From Candidatus Komeilibacteria bacterium (GTDB taxonomy: Bacteria > Patescibacteriota > Patescibacteriia > UBA1558), in assembly GCA_048538275.1 (NCBI GenBank), contig JBLYPW010000002.1, positions 103,927 to 167,926 of the forward strand: a stretch of DNA of 64,000 bases. The letters run 5' to 3'. Under the pieces are notes generated by a model. That model worked only from the letters and a program-made list of their open reading frames with translations, did no database searches and was not told the DNA's origin. Every line of letters begins with the position of its first letter. Position 1 is the first letter of the stretch. The translations under genes were made by a program, and so were the position numbers. Of this stretch, positions 48,135 to 57,926 are shown one piece after another.

Positions 48135-49517
48135 TTACTTGGGTAGGATAGTATATGAATTACCGTCGTCTTGGACAATAAAACCATCTTTTTCTATTTT
48201 TTTACGTAACTTGTCGGCTGCTGCGAAATCTTTATTTTGCTTGGCTTGCCATCTAGCCCTGGCCAATTTTTGTATTAAAGCCGGGATAGTTGGTAGTTTT
48301 GCGATTTGTAGGCCCAGCCCAAACACTTTGTCAAAATTCAAAGCTGTCGCTCTTTTTATAGCTGGTGATATAGTATTATCTTTCAACATATCCCACAGCA
48401 CAGAAAGGGCGCTTGGTATGTTTAAATCATTATTGATAGCTTGCTTAAATTTGTCCCGCCATTGTTGATTGGGACGAACAGGTCGCTTGGGTAAGCTAGC
48501 TATCAAGTAAAGTAATTTTTGATAGGCTTTGTCAGCCGCACCTAGTGCTTCCCAAGAGAATTCAATACGTTTGGCATAATGTGTTTGCAAGAGTAAATAG
48601 CGGAAAGCCAGTGGAGAGATGCCCTTTTTAGCAATGTCGTCCATGGTCAATGTTTTGCCACCTGATTTTGCCATTTTATTTTGACCAATTTGTAAGAATT
48701 CATAATGTATCCAATGATGAGCCAAATATTCTCCAGTTAGCGCTTCCGTTTGTGCAATTTCATTGGTGTGATGAATGGGTATGTGATCCACGCCGCCACT
48801 GTGTATGTCAAAATAGTCACCTAAAAATTTTGTTGCTATAACAGAACATTCCAAATGCCAGCCAGGAAAACCTTTGCCCCAAGGGGAGTTCCATTCCATA
48901 TCACGTTGGCTGTGAGCGGGAGAAAATTTCCAAACGGCAAAATCGGTAGGATGCTTTTTTTCTTTACTCATAGCTACTCGAGCGCCCGCTTTCAGGGTTT
49001 TAGCATCTTGTCCAGTGAGAATGCCATAGTCAGATAGTTTGCTGGTATCAAAATAAAGACCGTCACTGGTTTTATATAGCCAGCCATTATTATAAAGTTT
49101 TTTGACATAAGTTATTTGATCTTTGATTTGGCTGGTAGCGGTGACATATTTGGTGGGCGGTAGAATGTTTAGTTGGTGACAATAGTCTTTAAATATTTTG
49201 GTATAAAATCTAGCTATTTCCCAGGCGGATTTATGCTCTTGACGTTTAGCTTTTTCCATTTTATCTTCGCCGCTATCAGCATCGGAAGTCAGGTGGCCGA
49301 CATCGGTAATATTCATGATATGCTTTACTTGGTAGCCATTATAAATAAGGACGCGTTTTAAAAGGTCATTACAGACATAAGCACGCATATTACCAATATG
49401 AGGATAATCATAGACTGTTGGCCCGCACGAATAAAAACCCACGCGACCACGACGCAAGGGTATAAAATTCTCTTTTTTATGGGTAAGAGTATTATATAGT
49501 TGAAGATCAGTCAGCAT
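48135..49517 (-). CDS. cysS: Cysteine--tRNA ligase
   Basis: CGPTVY, HIGN, GFPGWHLECS and KMAKS. Confidence 0.97.
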   Translation of the reverse strand: MLTDLQLYNTLTHKKENFIPLRRGRVGFYSCGPTVYDYPHIGNMRAYVCNDLLKRVLIYNGYQVKHIMNITDVGHLTSDADSGEDKMEKAKRQEHKSAWEIARFYTKIFKDYCHQLNILPPTKYVTATSQIKDQITYVKKLYNNGWLYKTSDGLYFDTSKLSDYGILTGQDAKTLKAGARVAMSKEKKHPTDFAVWKFSPAHSQRDMEWNSPWGKGFPGWHLECSVIATKFLGDYFDIHSGGVDHIPIHHTNEIAQTEALTGEYLAHHWIHYEFLQIGQNKMAKSGGKTLTMDDIAKKGISPLAFRYLLLQTHYAKRIEFSWEALGAADKAYQKLLYLIASLPKRPVRPNQQWRDKFKQAINNDLNIPSALSVLWDMLKDNTISPAIKRATALNFDKVFGLGLQIAKLPTIPALIQKLARARWQAKQNKDFAAADKLRKKIEKDGFIVQDDGNSYTILPK

Positions 49518-49535
49518 AGTATCGGTACAAGTGAT

Positions 49536-50465
49536 TTAGAGCCACTTTTTATGTTTGAAGTAGAAGAACATGACTATGGTGCCTAAAAACATTATGCCGA
49601 TTACATACCAAAAGTCATATGAGCTTTTCATAAAAGGCATGGCGGTTGTTGTGTTCATGCCAAAAATGGCTGCTAGCAAAGTTAAAGGAAAGACAATAAC
49701 AGAAAAAATGGTCAAAGTTTTCATAATGTCATTAAGGCGAAAAGATATTAAAGATTCATTAGTACTGCGCAGCGCCTCAATTGTTTCTTTCTGATTATTT
49801 AAGATATCCCAGATATCTTTAGTTTGTTCTAGAATATTGGCATAATAGCTGTCTATGCTGGAGGGTATAAAGTACTTGGTATTTTTGGCTATGAGTTTGC
49901 GGATAACATTTTTATGTGCTTGCATGATTTTTCTGAAGTTTACAATATTGCGTTTAATGATCAATATTTCTTTGACCATTTCTTTTTCAAAGCCTTTAAA
50001 TATGCCTTGCTCCAAAAAATTTATGTCATCGTTTATGTGATCAAGCATGGGAAAGCAATATTCTTGCAAGCGATTGAGCACTTCATAAAGTAATTTGGTG
50101 GGGTTGCCGTCCATATAGCGTTGTCGCATAGTATCGTTTAGCTGGCATTGTTCAAATAATTTTTCTATGGGTGGTAAACCATCCTTATTGATTGTGATCA
50201 AAAACTCTGGACCAATAAAGAAGTTTACTTCACCAGAAATTATTTCTTTGTCATTTCTTACATAAATAGGGAAAGTAAGAATCATGAAAATATAATCATT
50301 GTATTCATCTAGCTTGGGTCGTTGGCTAGGAGAGAGACAGTCATCAATATCCAAGGGATGAAAATTATAATTTTCCCTTAGGTATTCAGCTTCATCAGCG
50401 CCAAACTCGGTAAAGTTTAGCCAAGTTATACGACGTGTTTTTATTTTTTTCATAGCATCTAACAT
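49536..50465 (-). CDS. corA: CorA family Mg2+ transporter
   Basis: FHPLDIDD, QRPK, GMN motif and two C-terminal TM helices. Confidence 0.94.
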   Translation of the reverse strand: MLDAMKKIKTRRITWLNFTEFGADEAEYLRENYNFHPLDIDDCLSPSQRPKLDEYNDYIFMILTFPIYVRNDKEIISGEVNFFIGPEFLITINKDGLPPIEKLFEQCQLNDTMRQRYMDGNPTKLLYEVLNRLQEYCFPMLDHINDDINFLEQGIFKGFEKEMVKEILIIKRNIVNFRKIMQAHKNVIRKLIAKNTKYFIPSSIDSYYANILEQTKDIWDILNNQKETIEALRSTNESLISFRLNDIMKTLTIFSVIVFPLTLLAAIFGMNTTTAMPFMKSSYDFWYVIGIMFLGTIVMFFYFKHKKWL

Positions 50466-50553
50466 GTTCAAATTATAACATAAAATAATAGCTTCGTGAA
50501 CCTAGCCCTTATTATATCTTAAAGATTAGACAATTTTATGTTATAATTTAGCC

Positions 50554-51027
50554 ATGGAAACAAAAGCAAAAGGTATGGAAAAAATGCCAACTTCACCAAC
50601 AGAGCAATCGGGTGATAAAGTAGAGAAAGAGGTGACGGTAGACGAGGTTTTGGGTAAGACCGCTGAACACATTAATCAGTCGGCGGCTTCATTACCAGCT
50701 AATCTTCCGGTGGATGATCAATCACCAAAGACTATGGCGTCGGCTAAGCCCCTGGCTATTGTAGAAATAGAAGATATTTTGTCTGACGGTTTGGGCGAGT
50801 TTTATCAACAATTGAGCGTATCGGAAAAAGAGAATTTTAGAGTGAGTGGTGAAAAAACTGCCGTAGAGATAGACAGTCTTTTACAACAGGCAAAAGTTAA
50901 AATTAAGGAGATTATTAACCTTATTCGTGGATGGCTTCAGTCGGTGCCGGGATTAAATAAATTTTTTGTTGAACAATCAGCTAAAATTAAAGCTGATAAG
51001 ATTTTGATTAAAAGAGGACGACGTTAA
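50554..51027 (+). CDS. Hypothetical protein
   Basis: ORF upstream of the ATPase; WL..VPGLNKFFVEQ.AKIKAD C-terminus. Confidence 0.75.
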   Translation: METKAKGMEKMPTSPTEQSGDKVEKEVTVDEVLGKTAEHINQSAASLPANLPVDDQSPKTMASAKPLAIVEIEDILSDGLGEFYQQLSVSEKENFRVSGEKTAVEIDSLLQQAKVKIKEIINLIRGWLQSVPGLNKFFVEQSAKIKADKILIKRGRR

Positions 51028-51041
51028 TATTATTTCAATTT

Positions 51042-53591
51042 ATGCTTGATCCCAATTATACACAGGCAGTGGTTACGACCAGTCAAATAGGGTGGTTTAT
51101 TTTTGTGACAGCGCTATTGCTATTCATAGTAGTTGTTTTTTGGTGGTGGCGTCGTCATTTACGCCTGCATCATATTGTGCCGTCTGAGTGGAAGCATGAT
51201 GTTTTAGAATTAACAGTTCCAAAGTTAAGGAGAAAAGATGGCCAGGATGAAAAGGTTGATAATACTCATGAGTTGGTTTCTTTGGCGGAAAATCTTTTTT
51301 CTACAGTAGGTGGTCTACAAGTGCAAAGCGGTTGGCAGGCTTGGTTGTATGGTCGTCAGGATACATTTGCTTTTGAGATAGTTGTCCAGGGAGGAATTAT
51401 TTATTTTTATGTATCTGTGCCACGGACAAACCGTGAATTTTTGGAACAGCAACTCAATTCCATATATCCGCATATTAATATAATGCCAGTAGAGGATTAT
51501 AATATTTTTCAGCCAAAAGGCGAGGTGGCGGCTGCCGCTATGCAATTGCAGAGAGAATATATTTTTCCCATCAAAACTTATAAACAGTTGGAAAATGATC
51601 CTTTAGGCATTATTACTAGCAGTCTTAGTAAAATTACAGATAAAGAGGGAGCGGCGGTGCAATTGGTTTTGCGTTCTTCACATCGGCGTTGGCATCGGCG
51701 GGGAACAGAGGTGGCTTCTTTGGTGCAACAGGGTAAAAGCATTTCCGAAGCTATGAAAAATGTTGGTTTTGGCTCTTGGTTTGGTAAATTGCTGGATATT
51801 ATTATAAATCTTATTAAGAGCGCTGGTAGTGGTCAGGAAAATAAAACCCCAGAGCCAGCTCATCAACTGACGCCTCAAGAGCAGGAGATGATTAAAGGGA
51901 TAGAACAGAAAAGCTCCAAAGCCGGTTTGGATGCTAATTTGCGAGTAGTTGTGTCGGCTCAGAATCAAGCCTTAGCGCAACAAAAATTGAATGATATCAT
52001 ACACGCTTATTCGCAATTTAATATTTATCAATATGGTAATGGTTTTAAGGCTTGGCAGCCACGGCGTCAAGCGAAGAAGGATAGTTTGATAGAGGATTTT
52101 ATTTATCGTAACTATGTTCAGTCAAGAGCTATGGTATTGAACACCGAAGAGGTCGTCAGTCTTTGGCATTTACCATTACCGACCAATGAAACACCCAATA
52201 TTAAGTGGCTAAAGGCCAGACAAGCAGCCCCGCCAGTTGATTTACCAACTGATGGGCTATTGTTAGGCATGAGCAAATATCGTGGCGTAGAACGGGAGGT
52301 TCGTATTCGTCGTTCGGATCGGCGTCGTCATATTTATGTCATCGGACAAACCGGTACTGGTAAATCCACTTTCTTAAAACATATGACGGCACAAGACATT
52401 GCTAATGGTGAAGGCTGTTGCGTGATAGATCCGCACGGTGATTTTGCTATTGATATGTTGGCTCAAATACCGCCGGAAAGAGCGGATGATGTGATTTATT
52501 TTAACCCCTTTGATGTTGAAAGGCCCTTGGCGCTTAATATGTTAGAACATAATACTCCGGAGCAGAAAACATTTGTTGTGAATGAATTGCTCTCTATTTT
52601 TGATAAATTATATGATTTAAAATCCACTGGTGGTCCTATGTTTGAAATGTATATGCGCAATGCCTTGCTTTTGATTATGGATGATCCGCAATCGGGTATG
52701 ACCTTGATGGAAGTACCAAGAATTTTGGCGGATCAAGAATTTCGTAATTATAAGCTAAATAAGTGCAAAACTCAGTCGGTGATTGATTTTTGGCGTAAAG
52801 AAGCGGAAAAGGCCGGAGGCGAAGCGGCGCTGGCTAATATTGTGCCTTATATTACCAGTAAGTTAACACCATTTATTGCCAATGATATTATGCGCCCAAT
52901 TATCGCTCAGCAGAAGAGTAGTTTTGATTTTCGTGATATCATGGACAATAAGAAAATTTTGATTTGTAATTTGAGTAAAGGAAAGCTGGGGGAGATTAAT
53001 AGTAATTTATTGGGCATGGTAGTCGTTGGTAAGATTTTATTAGCTGCCTTGTCGCGGGTTGACTTGGGGGAGCAAGAGCGATCGGATTTTTATATGTATA
53101 TAGATGAGTTTCAGAATTTTACCACCGATAGCATTGCCATTATATTGTCGGAAGCACGTAAGTATCGTTTGAATCTAAACATTGCTCATCAATATATTGG
53201 TCAGCTGGTCAAACATAATGACACCACTATTCGCGATGCGGTATTTGGTAATGTTGGTACGACCGTGGCCTTCCGCATTGGTGTGGATGACGCGGAAACT
53301 ATTACTAAACAGTTTGCGCCGGTATTTGATGAATACGATGTAGTCAATGTTCCTGCCAGGACCGCTTATATAAAGTTGATGGTAGACAATGCTAATCCGC
53401 CCGCCTTTAGTATTTCTACAATCCGTGAGCCGCAAGGCGATAAAAAAATTGCAGCCAAAGTAATAGAGTTATCTCGTCAAAAATATGGTCGTCCACGCGC
53501 CGATATAGAAAAAGAAATTTTACAGCGTAGTCAAAATGCGGGTCAGCCAGATTGGCTAGATCAATCACAAAATTCACCCACGGGGGATTAG
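51042..53591 (+). CDS. VirB4/VirD4/HerA-like P-loop ATPase (type IV coupling protein-like)
   Basis: N-terminal TM; HIYVIGQTGTGKS, IDPHGD, YIDEFQNF and SEARKY. Confidence 0.88.
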   Translation: MLDPNYTQAVVTTSQIGWFIFVTALLLFIVVVFWWWRRHLRLHHIVPSEWKHDVLELTVPKLRRKDGQDEKVDNTHELVSLAENLFSTVGGLQVQSGWQAWLYGRQDTFAFEIVVQGGIIYFYVSVPRTNREFLEQQLNSIYPHINIMPVEDYNIFQPKGEVAAAAMQLQREYIFPIKTYKQLENDPLGIITSSLSKITDKEGAAVQLVLRSSHRRWHRRGTEVASLVQQGKSISEAMKNVGFGSWFGKLLDIIINLIKSAGSGQENKTPEPAHQLTPQEQEMIKGIEQKSSKAGLDANLRVVVSAQNQALAQQKLNDIIHAYSQFNIYQYGNGFKAWQPRRQAKKDSLIEDFIYRNYVQSRAMVLNTEEVVSLWHLPLPTNETPNIKWLKARQAAPPVDLPTDGLLLGMSKYRGVEREVRIRRSDRRRHIYVIGQTGTGKSTFLKHMTAQDIANGEGCCVIDPHGDFAIDMLAQIPPERADDVIYFNPFDVERPLALNMLEHNTPEQKTFVVNELLSIFDKLYDLKSTGGPMFEMYMRNALLLIMDDPQSGMTLMEVPRILADQEFRNYKLNKCKTQSVIDFWRKEAEKAGGEAALANIVPYITSKLTPFIANDIMRPIIAQQKSSFDFRDIMDNKKILICNLSKGKLGEINSNLLGMVVVGKILLAALSRVDLGEQERSDFYMYIDEFQNFTTDSIAIILSEARKYRLNLNIAHQYIGQLVKHNDTTIRDAVFGNVGTTVAFRIGVDDAETITKQFAPVFDEYDVVNVPARTAYIKLMVDNANPPAFSISTIREPQGDKKIAAKVIELSRQKYGRPRADIEKEILQRSQNAGQPDWLDQSQNSPTGD

Positions 53592-53828
53592 TTGTGTAAA
53601 AGTTTGGGGTTCAATTGTGTGCAAGTGAATAAAATCGGCTAGCTAATTTGAATTTCTAAAGAGTAGTGGGATAAAATGGTAAAAATAGGCAATTTTTTGT
53701 GCCTTTTTTTATATAATTTTTTTGCTATAATATGAGTGCAAAATAAAAAGTTAGTATAAAAAGGGAAAAAATAAAAATAAAAAGTTAGGATTTTAAAATA
53801 AAAATCTAAAAAAATAAAAAATAAATTT

Positions 53829-54410
53829 ATGGACGAAGAAGAAAAAAAACAAAATCAATCCCCAGAAGTAGATGCGGAAGCATTGAGCGGTATCCAATTA
53901 ACGCTAGGTAAGATTGAGGAAGAATTGCAAAAAGTAAAATTAGAATTGGCCAAATCTGGTTTGGTGTCTGGCAAGAGTCAGGATTTTTCTGGTAAGCTAA
54001 AGGATCTCCAGATAACTGAAGATGATAATGAACAAATAGTAGAGGGTGTTTTTGATGGCCAACAAATGATAGGTCCCGACGGTAAGCAGTATTCTATTCC
54101 TGCCAATTATATTTCTAAATCAAAGTTGGTGGAAGGAGATATCTTGAAACTGAAAATAATGCCGGACGGGTCTTTTATTTATAAACAAATCGGACCGGTG
54201 GCACGTGAGCGGCGGGTAGGCAATCTGATAAAGGATGATCAGGGTGATTTTGCTGTAATGGTAGGTCAGCGTATGTATAAAGTGATTTTGGCGGCGGTTA
54301 CTTATTTTCATGGTAGTGAGGGCGATGAGGCTGTAATTCTTTTACCCAAGGATACGGAAAGTAAGTGGGCAGCCATTGAGAATGTTATAAAAAGCTCTAG
54401 TCCCCTGTAA
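53829..54410 (+). CDS. Conserved hypothetical protein
   Basis: EGVFDGQQM...YSIPANYISKSKLVEGD...YKQIGP. Confidence 0.8.
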   Translation: MDEEEKKQNQSPEVDAEALSGIQLTLGKIEEELQKVKLELAKSGLVSGKSQDFSGKLKDLQITEDDNEQIVEGVFDGQQMIGPDGKQYSIPANYISKSKLVEGDILKLKIMPDGSFIYKQIGPVARERRVGNLIKDDQGDFAVMVGQRMYKVILAAVTYFHGSEGDEAVILLPKDTESKWAAIENVIKSSSPL

Positions 54411-54519
54411 AAGATAGGGCAAAGCGTCCCTCAGAGATTCTCTGAGGGCGTTTTTATTATTTATGTATAATTTTATTTTTTGTTATTTATCTGTTACAAT
54501 ATCTGGGTAAGACAAAAGC

Positions 54520-56175
54520 ATGAATCAATCACAATCAACTCTTTATAATAAATATAGGCCTCAGACATTTGCCGATGTGGTGGATCAAAATCATGTCAAA
54601 GTGACCTTGCAGAATGAATTGTCCCAAAATAAGACAACGCACGCTTATTTATTTACTGGAGCCAGGGGAGTGGGCAAGACTACTATTGCTAGACTTTTGG
54701 CTAAATCTTTGAATTGTCAGCAGCGTGCAGGTGACAATAATGAGCCTTGTAATAAATGTCAGTCTTGTAAAGATATAGCTGCTGGTCAGTCATTGGACCT
54801 GGTGGAGATTGATGCTGCTTCTCAAACTAAAGTAGAGCAAACACGAGAAAATATTATTGCCGCTTCCCGAGTATCAGCTACCGCCGGAAAAGTAAAAGTT
54901 TTTATTATTGATGAGGTGCATATGTTGTCCAGCGCTTCGTTCAATGCTTTACTTAAAACCTTAGAAGAGCCACCAGCTAAGGTGGTTTTTATTTTGGCCA
55001 CCACCGAGGTGCATAAAGTACCAGAAACCATTGTTTCTCGTTGCCAGCGTTTTGATTTTCATCGTTTGCCGGTGAAGGCTCTCACGGACTGGCTAGGTGA
55101 CATTTGTCGTCAGGAGAAAGTTGAAGTAGATAAAAAAGTATTACAAGCTATTGCCAAACAGGCCGAGGGAGGAGCACGCGATGCTTTAAGTTTACTGGGG
55201 CAGGTATTGGTCTTGTCTGATAAGCAGATAACTTTTGACCAAGCGTCATTGGTATTGCCGCGGTCTGATTTGAGTGTAGTGCAACAATTGGTGGACAATT
55301 TATTGGCCAAGCAAAGCAGTGAAGCGATTGATAATTTGAACAAAGCTTTGAATGAGGGTATGGATTTGCATCAGCTGGTTAAGGATTTATTAGAATATTT
55401 ACGTTGGGCCATGCTATATATCTTGTCTGGTCAAGAAAAGCAACTGATCAGGGAGCTAGATGCGGACATCCGTACCGATTTAGAAAGGCAGTGCGCTAAT
55501 GTGACTATTGAAAGTTTGGTTTTTATGATTGATATTTTATTAGAAAAATATCAACAGATTAAATATTCCACTATTCCCCAGCTGCCTATTGAGATGGCTT
55601 TTATTATCATTTGTCAGGAAAATGATGTATCGTCAGGTGATAATAGACCCTTACGTCCTAAGCAAGAACAGTCATCAGCTTCTCAGCAGCCGTCTATTGA
55701 AAAAGATTCTGCTCCGCCAGGCATTACTAAAATGTCAGTTGATGGAACAGAGCCGGCTTCGCAAGAGCCGGTTAAAAAAAGCCCAGTCAATAAATCGGGC
55801 AAGCCAGTAAGTTTAGCTGATATTGAGTCAGCCTGGAAAGATATATTAGCTGCTGTACGCGAGCATCATCAATCATTAGCTGCCTTTCTACAAGTAGCGC
55901 GGGCAGTTAGTTTAGTGAACGGTGTTTTGACTTTTGGTTTTCAGTATGATTTTCATAGGGAATTATTGGCGAATCCAGCCAATAGTAAAGTTTTACGTGA
56001 GATTATAGCTGATCAGTTGGGAGCGGTAGTTGATATAGTAGCTATTTTAGATGAAGATTATGATAAAAGACAGGTTTGGGAGGTCTATTTGCCCGGTAAT
56101 AATGGTGGATCTGATGACAATGATGATAGGGGTACCGAGGAGATAGAAGTTGACGTAGCCGCCGCTTTTGGTTAG
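54520..56175 (+). CDS. dnaX: DNA polymerase III subunit gamma/tau
   Basis: YRPQTF, GARGVGKT, zinc Cys cluster, DEVHML and SRC. Confidence 0.97.
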   Translation: MNQSQSTLYNKYRPQTFADVVDQNHVKVTLQNELSQNKTTHAYLFTGARGVGKTTIARLLAKSLNCQQRAGDNNEPCNKCQSCKDIAAGQSLDLVEIDAASQTKVEQTRENIIAASRVSATAGKVKVFIIDEVHMLSSASFNALLKTLEEPPAKVVFILATTEVHKVPETIVSRCQRFDFHRLPVKALTDWLGDICRQEKVEVDKKVLQAIAKQAEGGARDALSLLGQVLVLSDKQITFDQASLVLPRSDLSVVQQLVDNLLAKQSSEAIDNLNKALNEGMDLHQLVKDLLEYLRWAMLYILSGQEKQLIRELDADIRTDLERQCANVTIESLVFMIDILLEKYQQIKYSTIPQLPIEMAFIIICQENDVSSGDNRPLRPKQEQSSASQQPSIEKDSAPPGITKMSVDGTEPASQEPVKKSPVNKSGKPVSLADIESAWKDILAAVREHHQSLAAFLQVARAVSLVNGVLTFGFQYDFHRELLANPANSKVLREIIADQLGAVVDIVAILDEDYDKRQVWEVYLPGNNGGSDDNDDRGTEEIEVDVAAAFG

Positions 56176-56196
56176 AATAGTTTTTGTTATTAATAT

Positions 56197-56270
56197 TCGG
56201 GGATCGTCTAATGGTAGGACAGCTGGTTCTGGTCCAGCCAATCGGGGTTCGAATCCCTGTCCCCGAGCCA
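56197..56270 (+). tRNA. tRNA-Gln(CTG)
   Basis: TCGGGGA/TCCCCGA acceptor stem, ttCTGgt anticodon loop and CCA end. Confidence 0.94.
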
Positions 56271-56332
56271 TCAAGGAACTTTTGTGAAAGCAGAAGTTTT
56301 TTGTTTACCTTAAATAAGGTATACTAAATTAT

Positions 56333-57265
56333 ATGAACAATAAAGCTGTAATAATTTTAACCATCATTTCAATTTCATTATCACTGTTATTACTGTTTTT
56401 TTTATTAATAGGCATATATTGGTTTAAACGTGGAGATGCTTGTTTAACACAACCACCATATTTAAATTGTCATACCCAAAATAAGTTTGAGGAAATAGAT
56501 GCTGAATTTAATAATTTATCAGGACAAATATTAAGCCTAAATGAACCATCTATTTTTAGTATTGATAAAAATGAAGGCGTTTTTTCTTTTGACCATATAG
56601 GCGAAGATACTGATTTTGGAGTAGGCTGGACTAGGATAATGCAAAATGAAGAGATTAAAGATTCTTTAGGTTTTTACACATACTATATAGATCCTATTCT
56701 TACACCTTTAACAAAAGATACTTTGATTGGATCAGCTTGGCAATACCCACAAGATTCAAAACTATATAATGGACCATTTATTAATTATTATTTAGATTTT
56801 AAAACCAGAAAAACAGTTGAATTGCCGACTAAAGGCAGGATTATTTCCAAATCTCAAGATGGACAAAAAGTGGTTTTTCTGGAAAGCGCTTGCGACAAGG
56901 AACATATACCCGAACCAACAGCGGATTGCAATAATTTAGATTTGAGTTTGAGGATTATTGATCTAACGTCAGATTTAAATGGTATGATGATTAATCATTA
57001 TTACGCGATGAACCATTGGACAGACCAGGGACCACCCTATGTTAATTTTTTGGATTTTGGCAAACTTGTATTCTCACCCGACGGAAATAGGCTGGCAATG
57101 GAAATTAAAATTGAACAAATTGACTATGACACCCCGAGTGAATATTGGACTCTATTTATCGCTGATACTAAGACAGGAGAAATTATCAAACAGAACAACA
57201 GATTATCCAAGAGTGGATATGAATATATGTTTTGGTCAGATAATGAAAATGTGATTTATTGGTAA
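56333..57265 (+). CDS. Hypothetical membrane-anchored protein, beta-propeller-like
   Basis: N-terminal TM; SQDGQKV, FSPDGNRL and WSD motifs. Confidence 0.7.
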   Translation: MNNKAVIILTIISISLSLLLLFFLLIGIYWFKRGDACLTQPPYLNCHTQNKFEEIDAEFNNLSGQILSLNEPSIFSIDKNEGVFSFDHIGEDTDFGVGWTRIMQNEEIKDSLGFYTYYIDPILTPLTKDTLIGSAWQYPQDSKLYNGPFINYYLDFKTRKTVELPTKGRIISKSQDGQKVVFLESACDKEHIPEPTADCNNLDLSLRIIDLTSDLNGMMINHYYAMNHWTDQGPPYVNFLDFGKLVFSPDGNRLAMEIKIEQIDYDTPSEYWTLFIADTKTGEIIKQNNRLSKSGYEYMFWSDNENVIYW

Positions 57266-57269
57266 ATTA

Positions 57270-57914
57270 ATGAAAAAGATAATAACTACTTTAATTATTC
57301 TAATTGTTATTTTATTGTTTTTTGTTTTTGCAATAAATATTCATATAAACAAAATTGGTAGTAATATGTGTGATTTGGATAATATAAATCAACAAGCCGC
57401 TTTAGTTTTGGGTGCTAAAGTTTGGAATAATGGTAACTTGAGCGATATTTTTAAAGATAGGATTAATACAGCTATTGATTTGTATAATAAGGGAGAAGTA
57501 GAAAAAATTTTAGTTAGCGGCGATCATGGTCAAACGGATTATGACGAAGTAAATACCGCTAAAGAGTATCTGTTAGACAATGGGGTAAGGTTAGAAGATA
57601 TTTTTTTAGATCATGCTGGGTTTGATACTTATGATAGTCTTTATCGCGCTCGAGATGTTTTTAAAGCCGAATCATTGGTTGTAGTTACACAAAACTTTCA
57701 TCTACCGCGAGCTTTATATATAAGTAACAAGTTAGGCTTGGATTCTTGTGGTGTAAGTGCTGATTTACATAAGTATTTAGGTGAAACCACTAGGAATAGA
57801 AGAGAAATTTTGGCAAAAGTAAAAGCTTGGTTAAATATTATTTTTAATTCAACCCCCAAATATTTAGGAGATAAAATTCCCTTGTCTGGTAGCGGTTTTA
57901 ATAGTTGGGATTAA
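57270..57914 (+). CDS. sanA: SanA/YdcF (DUF218) family protein
   Basis: LVLGA, LVSGDH, DHAGFDTYDS, VTQNFHLPRA and RE. Confidence 0.88.
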   Translation: MKKIITTLIILIVILLFFVFAINIHINKIGSNMCDLDNINQQAALVLGAKVWNNGNLSDIFKDRINTAIDLYNKGEVEKILVSGDHGQTDYDEVNTAKEYLLDNGVRLEDIFLDHAGFDTYDSLYRARDVFKAESLVVVTQNFHLPRALYISNKLGLDSCGVSADLHKYLGETTRNRREILAKVKAWLNIIFNSTPKYLGDKIPLSGSGFNSWD

Positions 57915-57926
57915 TGAAATGATTAT

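Noticed and set aside
53738-53828. A-rich repeats (aaaataaaaagttag twice)
   Set aside because: Low-complexity 5' UTR sequence.
55771-55785. A7 run (gttaaaaaaagccc) in dnaX near where E. coli frameshifts to make the gamma subunit
   Set aside because: The frame is GTT AAA AAA AGC, not A AAA AAG, and no clear stimulatory hairpin follows. A-runs are common in this genome.
56047-56274. Minus-strand 75-aa ORF
   Set aside because: It is the antisense reading of tRNA-Gln and the end of dnaX.
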